Position numbers and translations under genes: made by a program | Notes under the pieces: generated by a model | The model's database searches: none | Seen by the model: only the letters and a program-made list of their open reading frames with translations | Told to the model about the DNA's origin: nothing | Source: Dictyostelium discoideum | Taxonomy: Eukaryota | Direction of reading: 5' to 3' | NCBI GenBank assembly: GCA_000004695.1 | Contig: CM000150.2 | Location: 4,736,001 to 4,800,000, forward strand | Length of the DNA: 64,000 nucleotides | Part shown: positions 39,887 to 59,071 of the stretch, piece after piece | Position numbering within the stretch: the stretch's first letter is position 1 | Layout of the letters: every line of letters begins with the position of its first letter

Positions 39887-40174
39887 TTGACGCATACCCA
39901 CCCATCCAATCCATATGCTTGATACCTAAAAATACTAAATTTAAAATATTTATTATTATTCTGTTTTTGCCTAAAATTTTATTTTTTTCTTTTTATTTAT
40001 AATTATATATAATCCTTTCCCTATAAAATATAAAGTATTTATAACTTACCTTAAAGTTCAATGGACCACCACACCTAATACATACATTAACAACTACTTC
40101 ACCTAAAGACCACATGTTGACGCATACCCACCCATCCAACCCTATATGGTTGATACCTTTAATACTAAATTTAA
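39887..40174. repeat. Pair of 58-bp direct repeats at 39887..39944 and 40117..40174, about 90% identical with a 230-bp period, flanking an A/T-rich spacer.
   Basis: TTGACGCATACCCACCCATCCAATCCATATGCTTGATACCTAAAAATACTAAATTTAA versus TTGACGCATACCCACCCATCCAACCCTATATGGTTGATACCTTTAATACTAAATTTAA. This is unusual GC-rich sequence for this genome. Confidence 0.8.
40048..40160 (-). pseudogene. Protein-kinase subdomain IX-like fragment ending at a canonical GTAAGT donor. The segment encoding GLDGWVCVN is duplicated 230 bp away.
   Basis: The minus strand reads ..KGINHIGLDGWVCVNMWSLGEVVVNVCIRCGGPLNFK|GTAAGT. MWSLG(V)V.....G..PF is the kinase subdomain IX signature D.WS.G. No upstream catalytic subdomains are present within 1 kb. 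Confidence 0.3.
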
Positions 40175-40725
40175 CTTAGTAGAAAAATTGATTTAAGTTA
40201 TTCAAGAAGAAGACAATGATGAAACCCAATAATATGATAAACTATTTTAAGAATCAAATAAATATAGACTTTTTAATTCACAAGGTGGAGTTTTTAATGT
40301 CGGTTTATCTCCCATAATTTTTTATAAAAAATCACCAATAGCGTTTCATTAAAGAATCATCATATTACATTTTTTTTTTTTTTTAATAAAAATATAAGAA
40401 TCTATTTAAAAATCAGTAATTTAAATTAAATTTGGAAATTAAAAAAAAAAAAAAATTCAACTGTGTAAATGAAGCAAAGTGATTACAAACAATATAAAAC
40501 TATTTAATTGAAGTTTTTTTTATTTTGTTTTATTAAATTATTAATAAATTAATTTTTTTTTTTTTTTTTTTATTTTGGTATTAACAAATAATATTATAAT
40601 AAGTTAAATTTTATTAATTTGTTTTTTGTTAGATTTACAAAAAATAAATTAAGTTAAATTTTTTTTTTTTTTTTTTGTTAGATTTACAAAAAATAAATCA
40701 AAAAAAACTTAAAGTTTTGCTAATT

Positions 40726-40773
<48 letters not shown>

Positions 40774-40807
40774 AAATTAATTAAAAGTATACTATACATT
40801 TATTAAA

Positions 40808-46904
<6,097 letters not shown>

Positions 46905-47328
46905 TACTACCTGAATTTATTTATTAAAAAAAAAAAAAACTTAATTTTTTTGAATTAATAATTTTATTTTTAATTTTAAAAAAATGAATAATTTCAAAAT
47001 CTAATAAATAAAATCTAAATAATTTAAAACCTACCCTTCTTTATTTTGAAATCTATATTTCAAAATATTTTTTGTTTTTATTTTTTTTATTACTATTTAT
47101 TTTTTTATCTTTTTATTTTTAAATTGACTAGAAATCCAATCTCTACAACTATGAAAAATGGGGGGGGATATAAAAAAAAAATAATATTATTAAATAAATT
47201 ATTAAATAATTAAATCTTCTTTTTTTTTTTTTTTTTTTTTTTTTTATTAAAAAAAATAAAAAAACAAATAAATATATATATATAGATATAAAAAGTTTTT
47301 TATAAGCAAAAGGTGTGGATGAAAAGAA

Positions 47329-47372
<44 letters not shown>

Positions 47373-48021
47373 AAAAATTAAAAAAAAAAATAAAAATAAA
47401 AATTAAAAAATTAAAAAAAAAAAAATAAAAAAAATAAAAAGATATTATTACCTAAGTATGGTTTTAATACTTTTTTTTTTTTTTTTTCCCTGTTTTTTTT
47501 TTCCTTTTTTTTTTTTTTTTTTTTTTTTTTCCATATAAAAAATAAAAATAAATTTTTAATCATGAAATAAAGATTTTCAGCAATAACACCATTATTAATT
47601 TTATTTTTGGAATCCATTTAAAGTATTCATTTATAAAAAAAAAAAAAAAAAAAAATTAATTTTTTCAAAAAAAAAAAAAAAAAAAAAAAAAAATTTATAA
47701 AAAAACTTTTTTTTTTTTTTTTTTTTATTTTTTTATTTTTTTTTAAAGTTCATCATATTGCATTTTTCAATTGGAGACAATTTTGTTGGAATTGTGATCA
47801 TCATTGTTTATAATACAAAGCACAAAGCAATTGGTGTGATTTAGAAGGATTTATAATAATAATAATTTATTTTTAAAAATAAAATAAAACAAAAAAAAAA
47901 AGATTACATATAATCTTACTTTCACACCACACACACGCTCATATATTTATATACCTCAACCTCACCTCAACACATTTCCCCCAACTATTATTCATTCATT
48001 TTATAAATTATAAAAACAACA

Positions 48022-48246
48022 ATGGAAGATAAATTTTATAAGACGAACGAAGATAAATTTTCATGGATTGTTGGACTCAAGGTTAGAATTAAGACAACAT
48101 CTGACGAACAATTTGAAGGTGAAGTTTTCAATTATGATCCAGTTACTACTTGTATTATAATCTGTAAGTTAATTTTTTTATTATTTTTTTTTTTAAATAA
48201 CAATAATTATAAAAATTAACAATATATTTTTTTTTTTTTTAATTTA

Positions 48247-48277
<31 letters not shown>

Positions 48278-48931
48278 GTGAGTGATGAATCAACACCAGC
48301 AGTTGTAACACAAAAGAGAACAGTTAGAATTATATTGGAATCATCGATTAAAGAAATTAAATGTTTATCATTACCAACCAATACCAACTCCAACACCACT
48401 ACTACCACAACACCAACTGTTACATCACCATCAACTACAAACAAACAAAATAATCACAATAATCATCACCATCAAAATAATATAAACAACGATTTATCAC
48501 TACCATCTTTAAATGTACAATTAATTATTAAAAAACAAGATGAAGTCATTAAAAAAGCTGCTCAAAAAGCAATGAAAATTGGTGTTGGTGTTACCCCTGA
48601 AGCTCAAGAAATTTTTAATTCTCTTTCTAGAACGTATGAATCTATTATTTTATTATAAATAATTTTTTTTTAAAACTATAAAATTTAATTTAAACTATAA
48701 ATTAAATAATAATATTTTAATAATAATAATAATAAAAAAATATACTAATTTTTATTATTATTATTATTTAGTTTACCATGCGATTGGTCAGGTGAAAATA
48801 TTATAGTATTAAATGAAGTTAAAATTTCAAGTCCATATAATATTGAAAATTGTACAGGTCCAGAAAATTGTAAATCAATTGAAAGAGTTAAAAAAGTTTT
48901 AGAAGCTGAAAGAAAAAAATTAAAGATTTAA
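48022..48931 (+). CDS. lsm12: LSM12 homologue (Sm-like/AD domain). Exons 48022..48163, 48279..48633 and 48772..48931; about 218 aa.
   Basis: FSWIVGLKVRIKTTSDEQFEGEVFNYDPVTTCIII parallels human LSM12 [78 protein letters not shown] parallels [44 protein letters not shown]. The last exon LPCDWSGENIIVLNEVKISSPYNIENC parallels [25 protein letters not shown]. Donors T|GTAAGT (48164) and AC|GTATGA (48634). The second exon start may be off by 1 nt because my line count and the ORF track disagree by 1. Confidence 0.7.
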
Positions 48932-48971
48932 TTAATATTTTAAAATTTTTTATTATTACAGTGTTTTATTA

Positions 48972-49003
<32 letters not shown>

Positions 49004-49052
49004 CCCAATTTTTTATGATTTTAAATTATTATTATTATTATTATTTTATTTT

Positions 49053-52000
49053 TTAAATTAAATTATGAATTGATTCAATTTCACTTTGAAGTTTTGGGAA
49101 AAAGGATTCTAATTTTTCATGAAGACCACGTAATTCATCAGGACAACGTTTTGAGTGAATGATTAAACCACATTCTAAAATATTAGCTTGACGAGTTAAT
49201 TCTGAAGAGAGTTTAGAGAGGAAAGGTTTTTGTGGACGATATGGTTCAGGTACTTGATAGAAAGCTTCTTTGTAAAGTGAGATACCACCATTTACAGCTG
49301 CATCGATTGAACCATTTAAAGCCATAGCCAAAGGATTTAAGTTTAGTTGTGGTGATTTTTCATATTTCTTTACCATTTCATCCAATTCTTCATTCTTTGA
49401 AGAGACAGAATTGATGGCATTCTCAATTGGTGATAGATCGACATGAAGTTTCTTTATTACTTGAGCACGACGATGAATGGTTGGGAAAGAAGAGTCAGTT
49501 AAAAGGAAATGATTCTTTATCCAAAGATCACCAAATTTATTATTACTATTTGAAACTACTGCACCTGAAGCCTTTTCAAAAGGTTTAGAATAAACGAAAA
49601 CATTTACATCATTTCTCTTTAAGTAGGATTTCGAATTATTTGGTGTACCTGGTATAATGAATTTTTGTTTCTTTTCAACCTCTTGTAAATTGGATGGATT
49701 AACAACGGTGACTAATAAATATTTACCATCGGAATTTTGAATTTCAGTAGTTGGTTCACTTGTGGATTTCAATAATTCAGCATCTGGGAATTTGGCTAAA
49801 ATTCTAGCGGTGAAGTCGGGTAATCTTTCCAATTCAAAACCTTTGTAAAGGAATTCCTTACCTTGAATTGATAGAGGGAATTTCTTACCGTAATAACCCA
49901 CACGGAAGTATTCAGCAAATAGACGTTCAGTGTTTAGAATCTTTTCATAGAATTCCGCTTCTTGGATTGATACCTCTGATAAACCTTTGAAATTATAGGT
50001 TTGTTCATAATGTAATTTCAAATCTTGTAATAGTGTGATACATCTCTCCCAAACTTGACCTTTATCTAAATATTGAATTGCCATTTTCAAAAGACGTACT
50101 TTACGATCACTTGATGATTCTTGTGGCATTGTTGTTGGTTGTTGATTCAATGCCAATGTATAGGGTGGTACAATTTGTTCTGTATTCCATTCATAAAGAT
50201 CTGAATGTAAAATAATTGCAAAACCAGCCTCTGTATAATAACCATTGGTTAAATGTTGATTTAATAACTCGTAAAGATATTTAATATAGGTATCTTTTCT
50301 ATCCTTAAAATATTCCATCATTTTTAAGGTTGCAATAGTTCTCTCCTCTTCAAAGGCACGATCAGTTGGTAAAGTTCTAAATTCAAATAATAATGATAAT
50401 AATTGATTAATATTTGAAATGAATGATTTTGATTCTTTAATTAATAATTCATTACTACCACTACCACCACCACCATTTACACTATCAATTAAACGTTTAA
50501 TTAAAAAGTTTTTAAATATATCTTCATCACAAATTCTTTCTCTAATTGTAATTTTATCTAATACTTCAATCGTTTTACTTTCAATTCTTTTTAATGATTT
50601 ATATTCTAAAAATTCATTTTTAATTATTATAAAAAATAAATTTTGAATAAATTCATTAACATCATTATTACCATTCTATTTTTTTTTCAAAATAATAAAT
50701 TAAAAATATTAATATTTAAATAAATATATGTAAAAATTAAAAATTAAAATTAAAAAACTTACTAATAAAGAATATAATAAATTTACTAATAATGATTGAT
50801 TAAATTGATTTTGTAATTGAATTGTTAATAAATGATTCCAAGATTTAATTATTGAAATTAAAATAAATGATCTAATTTCATCTAATTGTTGTTTAATATG
50901 AGAGAGACGATGAATTCTATTTTCATTTAATCTTAATGATGAAGAAGTTATGAAAGCAAATTTAACATTAAATAATAATGTCCAACCATCTAAATCTGAT
51001 TGAGTAGTGAAATATTTACAACAATAAGGTTCAAGTACTTCCAATACTGATAAGGTAACATTATATTGGAAAAGATTAAGAGTTGGCCATTTTGATGAAT
51101 AAATGGAACGACCAATAAAACCTTCCATAATACGTAAGAATTTTCTGATGAAAGGTTTAATAGTTTTCTCTTCAGTTAGATTCTCTTGAATATATTTTTC
51201 AAAATGATTTGAATATTTAGTTGGTTGACCATTACCTGTAATTGGTGTACCACATTTAATAAAGTAATGAATTATTGTATAGAAATTTGAAAGTAAATAA
51301 GTATGTTCGGTTGTCATTGATGTAAATGTTGTTGTATCACTTGAAATGGTTGTTAACAATGCATCGGCCAATGTTAACATTTTTGTGAAAACAATTGCAA
51401 TAATACCAACTGCTTTATTTCTATCGATTGGATTTAATATTTCAATAGCTTCTAAAAGTAATGCCAATAATTGATTTGATAATCTTAATTCCTCACCTTT
51501 ATTTAAATGTTGATCAATGGTTGAGATTAATGCTGGTAATAAATGTTGATAAGTTGTTGGTCCAATTGGTAATTGAGTTGATAAAATCTTATGATAGATT
51601 GTTAATTTAGATTGATAGAAATTCTTATCACTATAGTAGACTGATTCCATAAAGTCGGATAAAATTACACAAAGTTCAGTTGTATTGAAAAAGTTACTTA
51701 AACCTTTCATAATTACAGCGAAATTACGTAATGCAAATGTTTGTGGTACAATTAATAGCTTCTCATTACTATTTGACATTAAATTATTAAGTAGTGCCAA
51801 GAAATCTCTTAAATCTTGTTTCCATTGAGTTTCTTCATCATCGATGAGTTGTTTGGCTTGTTGTTCTCTAATATAAACTAATCTTGATTTTGTAATCAAT
51901 TGGAACATATAATCCAAGGCTTTTAAAGTATTTGAAATCTTTGCAGTTTCTTTGGTGGAAATATCCTCTATAGAATAGGAAATACATTTCAATAGATGTT

Positions 52001-54843
52001 TATGTGTTGTTGCAAATGAGAATTGTTCAATTATATAACGATCCATTTCACTCTTAAAATGTTTGAAACGATTGGTTCTTTCATCTGTAAGCAAACCCAT
52101 TACAAATACGATTGTATTATAAACACTTAGAGTATTTGGATCAGGTTTACCACCAACTTTACCTTCATTTGAATACATATCGAAAATTGAAAGTAAACTA
52201 TCTAAAATCTTATTTAAATTTCTCATAATTTGAATTGTATCAACAAATTTGAAACGATCTAATAAATTTGATAATATATTTTTATTATTTTTCCAATCAA
52301 TTAATTGAATAACTGAAGAATGTTGAATGAAATCACTTGAATGTAATAAAGTTTTAACTTTTAATGATTCACCTTTTTTTAATGATGATGATTCTTTTGA
52401 CGATGATGATGATACCGATGATGATGATAATGATAATGAAGAAGATGATGATGAAGAAAGTAATGAAGATTTATTTAAATTTAATCCACTCTTTGATGAT
52501 GTTGTTGGTGATGATTCACCACCACCACTACTACCTTCACCATTACCAATACCAATTTGACTATTTAAATCTATATATGATTGAAGTGGTAAATTATCCA
52601 TTGAATTTAATTTATAGATTGAAATTGAATGATCACCATTTGAAATTACGGTTGAATTATCATTACCTAATTTTAAGAAACTAAAACCAACCAATGAATT
52701 CTTTTCTTTACTTGAAGAGTTTGAACGATTTTTAATAAAGAATAAAACATGAGCTCTTGGGAAATGAGTTTCAGAAATATTGAAATGAATTGATTCATTC
52801 CAAATGGTAGTACCATTACTATTGAGTGGACAAGTGGATGAACGAATCTCACTAACAAATGTACCATTGGCACTATCACCTAAAGACATACAATTTTGAA
52901 GGTATTCACCATCATCCAATCTAACTCTAACGATAACTTCCATTTTCTTACCTTGAGTAAATTTACCACTATCCAATGTTAAATAGAATTTATGAATTTT
53001 CTCTGCAAATACAAGTTTATGTTCTAATTTTTCAACTTTTACAATCTTTTGGAATTGTGGGAATTTATTTGAGAAAACATCGAATCCAATATCATAGAAA
53101 CTCAATGAAATTGGTAAAATCGATTGAGGTAAACCACTTGTTACCTTTGGTACCATTTCCAAGTGTTTTTTAATTTCTTCATCCGAGTTTTTCATTAAAA
53201 AGTCTGGAATTTGTGAAATTGATAAATCGGTTGAAGAGGTTGAATAAAATTGAAGTACACCTTGTCTCTCTAAAGCAATTTGATTTTCAACCACTAAATT
53301 TGGTATTGAAATACAAGCGAATGCATAAGGTCTTCTAAAATCAACGTTTGTACCTTTCTTTAGAGTTGATTCATCTAAATCTTTGAATGGACCTTTACGA
53401 ACTACTTTACAAAGGAAACAAATATCTTCGGTAATATCTGATGGTTCAATATTTTTAAAAATACATTTAAATGATACAATTGATGATGATGTTGATGGTA
53501 AAACTGATTCCCATTCAACTTGAACTTGTTCAGTTATATAACGTGATTGTGAAAAATTATATAATGAAAAATAAAATTCGAAATTCTTTTTTGGTGGTAA
53601 TGAACATTTATTAAATTTAATATCACAAATTATTTGACCATATTCCCATTGTTTTTTAATTCCATTATTATTACCATTATTATCAGTAGAATTATTAATA
53701 CTACTACGATCATTTAAATTTAATAATGATGATGATGATGTATTATTTGGTTGTGATGTTCCTAATTGTAAAAATGATTTCGATGATGATGATGATGATG
53801 ATGAATTCGATGAACCTAATTGTAAAAATGAACCAGATGATGCTAAAATTGATGAAGAAGGTGAAGAAGAGGAGGAAGAGGCGGAAGAAGAAGAAGATGA
53901 TGATGAAGATGATGATGAATCTTTTGTATTTTTCTTTTCATTCATTTGATAATGATATCTTAATAATTTCATTGGCGATTCATTTTCTGATGTTACAATA
54001 TTACCGTTATCATTTATAATATAGAATTCATTTGAAAGGAAAGCTCTTGTAATTTCAATTTCTTTATAGAGTGTAACTTCTAATTCTGGATTTGGTGTTA
54101 TACTATTTAATAATTGTTCACGTACAGTTTGTAATGATTTAACTCTATCTCTTAGAATTAATTGATTCTTTTCAATTTGTTTCTCTGAAATTTTTAATGA
54201 ACTTGTTGTACTATTTGAACGTGGTGATGATTGATTATTTGCAAATAATTCTGGATCCATTAATTGTTCAGAGACTTCAATGACAACATCTAAAAGATTA
54301 CCAAATAGAATATATTCTCTCTCGGTTATATTTCTAACAGAATCAGATGGAAATTCTAATTTCTCACCCCATCCATCTAAACCAACTTTAACTCTACCTA
54401 CATAAGTAGTGGTGGTGGTGGCTGCGGATTGTTTTTTCTCCAATATACATAATACATCACCTCTAATAACAGTATAATTATTATTTGTTCTAATGTCTTT
54501 AATTGCAACCACTTTTTGTGAATCTAATGGTGGTTCATTTTCTTTTGGATAAAGATTTTTTGTATTTGATAGAGAAAACGATGCAGTTTTATAACCATTA
54601 CATCCTAAATAAGTATCCTTTTCACCTTTTTCTTTAATCTCTAAAACATCACCACGTACAACTGATAATGAGGAGAAATCACCTTTTCTATTTGATAAAA
54701 CTCTAACATATTCTTTAGATTTCATTTCTTCTTGTATCTTTTTACTTGATTTCTTTGATATTTCATTACTTAATATTTCATTAATTTCATTTGTAACTAT
54801 TGGTTTAGTAGTTGAAGTAGTTGGTTGATTATTATTATTATTA

Positions 54844-54884
<41 letters not shown>

Positions 54885-55835
54885 GATTGCAATTGATTTT
54901 GGTCTTATTGTTGAAGTTACAGAAGCTTCTGATTGTTGTTCATCTTTTGATGCAATTGGTGGTAATACATAAACTAAAAGTTGTGGATTAGTTGGTGATA
55001 TTGTAGTTGGGCTTGTTGGTGATGGTGTTGATAAATTTTCATTGGTTGATGGTGACTTTCGAATTGGTGTTGTAGATGTAGTTGGTGTTGTTGTTGTAGT
55101 TGTAGCAACATTAGCAGATGTTGTAGTTGTTGCTGCGATCTCTGCTAAATTTTCATTTGATGATGGAGATTTTCTAATTGGTGCTGCACCTTTAAATGAT
55201 GGAGTTGTTGGAGCAGATGTAGATCCTGCTGGTTTAACAAAAACTCTGTTGGCTGGTTTTAATCCTGGTGTAGTTGGTTGTGAAATTGATGCTTGTTGTA
55301 ATCCTGAAGGAGGAGGAGTTGTACTTGTTGTGGGTGTAGATGATCCAATTGGTTTTAAAGTTGGTGAAATTTTAAAAGTTGATGGTTTTGGTGCTGATGT
55401 ACTTGTAATTACTGGTGATGTAGATGGAGTTGATGATGCTGATGATGATGATGCTGAAGTTTGTGGTGTTTCTTGAGGTTTATTTGCTCCTTCTGCTGAT
55501 GTAGATGTAAATGTTGGTGGTGTGGTAGATGTTGGTGTTGCTGCAGATTTTTTTACAATTTTAAAATTTGGTACGACTTTTGGAGGTACTGTTTCTGCAG
55601 CTGGTTTGTTAAACATTCCTTGAAGTTTACTTATTGAGCCAACTGGTTTTGGTACTATAATTATTATTTTATAGTTTTATTTTATTTTATTTATTTTATT
55701 TTTGGATTTTTTATTTTTTTATTTTTATTATTTTTTTATTTTTATTTTTGAATTTAATTTTTATAATTAGAATATAATAAAAAAAAATAAAAAATAAAAA
55801 AATTAATAATTAATAATTACCTTGTTGATCAGCCA
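49053..55835 (-). CDS. DOCK-family Rac/Cdc42 guanine-nucleotide exchange factor (DHR-1/C2-like, ARM-type helical region, C-terminal DHR-2). Exons complement(55820..55835), complement(50763..55654) and complement(49053..50675); about 2176 aa.
   Basis: The 1635-aa ORF ends ..NLLYSLL|GTAAGT (donor at 50762). The frame of ORF 49053..50321 is open 118 codons upstream of its annotated Met, back to an acceptor AAAAAAAAATAG at 50676, phase 0. The C-terminal exon carries DHR-2-like motifs (..LAMALNGSIDAAVNGGISLYKEAFYQVPEPY.., GLIIHSKRCPDELRGLHEKLESFF). Upstream, MADQQ|GTAATT (55819) splices to ATTATAG|TACCAAAACC.. and gives MADQQVPKPVGSISKLQGMFNKPAAE.. SH3-like and C2-like regions follow, then long helical repeats. 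The DOCK assignment rests on the motifs, not on a search. Confidence 0.6.
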
Positions 55836-55862
55836 TTTTATTTTAACTCTTGATTATTTATT

Positions 55863-55912
55863 TTCTTGGTTATATTTTTTTCTTGGTTATATTTTTTTCT
55901 TGGTTATATTTT
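55863..55912. repeat. Three tandem copies of a 17-bp unit CTTGGTTATATTTTTTT, 28-77 bp upstream of the DOCK-family gene ATG on the minus strand.
   Basis: TTCTTGGTTATATTTTTTTCTTGGTTATATTTTTTTCTTGGTTATATTTTTT. Perfect copies with a 17-nt period. Confidence 0.85.
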
Positions 55913-56166
55913 TTAAAAAATAATAAAAATGATTTTATTTCATATGACAAACCACATGCGCAAAGATAAATGAAAAAAATAATAAAAAAAGGTTTTTTTT
56001 CTTTTTCTTTTTCTTTTTTTTTTTTTTTCTTTTTCTTTTTTTTTTTTTTTTTCTTTTTTTCCTGATTACAAAGGAACTATGTATAAAAAAAAAAATAAAA
56101 AAAATAAATAAATAATAAATAAAAAAAAATTTTTTTTTTTACAAAATTGAATTGATTAAATAAAAC

Positions 56167-56200
<34 letters not shown>

Positions 56201-57276
56201 TTTTTTCTTTTGACAAAAAAAAAAAAAAAAAAAAATCACGCTGTTACTTTGGAAAATATCTAAAAAATAAAAAATAAAAAAAAAAATAAAATAAATTATA
56301 AAATAAAATAAAATAAAAAAAAAAAAATAAAAAAAAAAAAGTTAAAAAATTTTTGCGATTTGATCGAAATTATGGATACACAGTAGAAAACCAGCATACT
56401 CCTAAAATTTTTTTTTTTTATTTTTTTATTTTTTTTTTTTAAATTTTTTTATTTTTTTTATTATAGACTTGGAATTATTACATTCTTAAGAATATTAATC
56501 TTTGTAAAATTTGTATGATTTTTATATACAAAAATATTGATTTACTCCCTGCTATTGTTCTTTAACTAAAATAATTGTAAAGAGATGTATAACATTAGAT
56601 AGATTAAACATCTTTATACCTCAATTTGAAAATTTGAAAAAAAAAATTTTAAAAAAAAATTTCAAAATAAATAGATTAAGATGTGTTGAGTTTATTAATT
56701 TTCGTAGGGATATAAAAAAAAAAAAAAAAAAAAAAAATAAAAAAATAAAATGGGGTTAATTAATTAATTTTCGTGTGGACATATCTTTCTGTTTCAAAAA
56801 TTATAAAATTTAAAAATAAAATTTTAAATCACAATGATATTATTTAAAAATAAAATAATTTATTATAATAATAAAATTGATAATTAAAATAATCAAAACA
56901 AAACATATTATGATTTTTATTTTTTTTTTTTTTTTTTTATACAAAAAAGGTTTTTTTTTTTTTTTTTATTTTTTTTATTTTTTTTTTTTTTTTTTTGGTA
57001 ATGTTTTTGTGTTGTTTAATTATTATTATTATTATTTTATTATTATTATATTCATTATTATTCTAATTTTTATTACTTTTTATATGTGAATTATTATCGA
57101 TTCTTTGATTAAAATGATTATTATTATTTTTATTATTATTATTTTTCACACTGATTTTTTTCTTTTTTATTTTATTTATTTTTTTTTTTTATTAATAAAA
57201 AAAAAAAAAAAGATAAATAAAATTATTTTATTTAATTTTTTAATTTTTTAATTATTTAATTTTTTTATTTATTTAT

Positions 57277-57771
57277 TTAAGTATTCCAAGCTAAATAAAA
57301 ATCGGATACAAGTTTTCTACAAATTGAACATTGTGGATGTGAGGTTTTCTTAATTAATGTTGCACATCTTGCGCATAATCGATGACCGCATTCTCTCCAA
57401 CATACTTGTTTTTCATTTTCTTCACAAATATGACAAAATTTTTCACGCTCCAAATCAGTTTGCATCTTTTCCATTCTATCGTTTATATTGTTAATTTGAT
57501 TACCAACCCAAACACGCAAGTCTCTATTTTCACCTCTAAGATTTGAATTCTCTCTTAATAGTAATAGATTTTGTTCCTCCAAAGGTAATGGCTCACCATT
57601 TTTATTCTTTAATTTTACATGTTGAACATTTGATGGTGGAGGTGGTGTTATTGGTAAGAATGAAGATGAAGTTGTAGTTGTTGTAGTTGTTGTTGTAGTA
57701 GTTTGTTGAACATGGTTATGATGATTATTATTATTATGGCTATGGTTATGGTTATGATGGATATGGTTATT

Positions 57772-57814
<43 letters not shown>

Positions 57815-58092
57815 GGTGGTGGAATGACATCTTGGTTTATATAATTGTATTGATTAAAATTATCTACACCATTTTCAGCATTATTATTCTCAAAGGCACC
57901 TGCTGGTCCTATACCAATTTCATCATCTGATGTTAAAAAATAATAAGCCAAACCAAGTCCTGCCACAATTGTCGTCCACAAGTATGGCGATTTTAAATGT
58001 TCTTTTAAGTCAAAATTTAATACACTTTCAACTTTTATTGGTGCACCTTTTGTAAAATATTTAAATGCAAAATCTTCTTCCAATGGATCCAT
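57277..58092 (-). CDS. Membrane-anchored C3HC4 RING-finger protein (probable E3 ubiquitin ligase), 271 aa, single exon.
   Basis: Complete ATG..TAA ORF. TM helix LWTTIVAGLGLAYYFL, polyQ/His-Asn-rich linker, coiled-coil (RENSNLRGENRDLRVWVGNQINNINDRMEKMQTDLERE), and a C-terminal RING: CHICEENEKQVCWRECGHRLCARCATLIKKTSHPQCSICRK. Confidence 0.7.
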
Positions 58093-59071
58093 GATTGTTA
58101 TTTTAAAAAAGTTGTTATTATTGAATAATAAATTTTATTGTTCGCTTTAATTTTTCTCTTTTTTTTTTTTTTTCTTTTTTTTCTTTTTTTTTCTTTTTTT
58201 TTTTTTTTTGATATATACTCCGTTTGAAAGAAATTTTGTTGTGTTTTTATTTTATTATTTTAATTTTTTTAATATATACAAATAATTTTACAAATTTTTT
58301 TTTTTAATATAAAAAAAAAAAAAAAAAAAAAACCAATTAAAAAATATAAAAATTGTTATTGGCGATACATAAAAAAAATATTGGGCAGAAAAAAAAAAAA
58401 TGTTAAATGAAATAATTTCTAAAAGAATAGAGAAAAAAAAAAAAAAAAATTATTAAAACTGGTTAATTTATTATTATTATTATTTTTATTATCACAAAAA
58501 AAAAAAAAAAAAAAAAAAAAAGAAAAATAATTTAAATTGTTTCCAATAAAATGAGAAAAAATAAAAAAATAAAAAATAAAATATAAAAAAAAAAAAATAA
58601 AAATAATGAAAATAATTAAAAAAAACAAATAAAATTAATTTAAATTAATTTTTTATGTGTTTGTTTTTTAGTATGTTAGTGAATCAAAAAAATAAAATAA
58701 AATTAAATAAAATAAAATAAAATAAAATAAAAATAAAAAAAATAAAAAAAAAAAAAAAATAAATAATGTGTTAAAATACTTACATATATATAAAAAATGA
58801 AAAATAAGTTGTATTTTTTTTTTTTCTTTTTTAAAAAAATGAGATATATAATTGGTTTCAAAACCTTTTTTTTTTTTTTTTTTTGTGTGATTAAAAAAAA
58901 TAAAAAAAAATAAAATAAAAATTAAATTTATTATAATAAAATTGAAAAAAAATAAAAAATAAAAAAAAATAAAAAAAAAAAAAAATAAAAAAAGGTTTTT
59001 TTTTTATTTTTTTTATTAATTTTTCAAAACCCAAAAAAAGGTTAAAAAAAAAAAATAAAAAAAAAAAAAAA

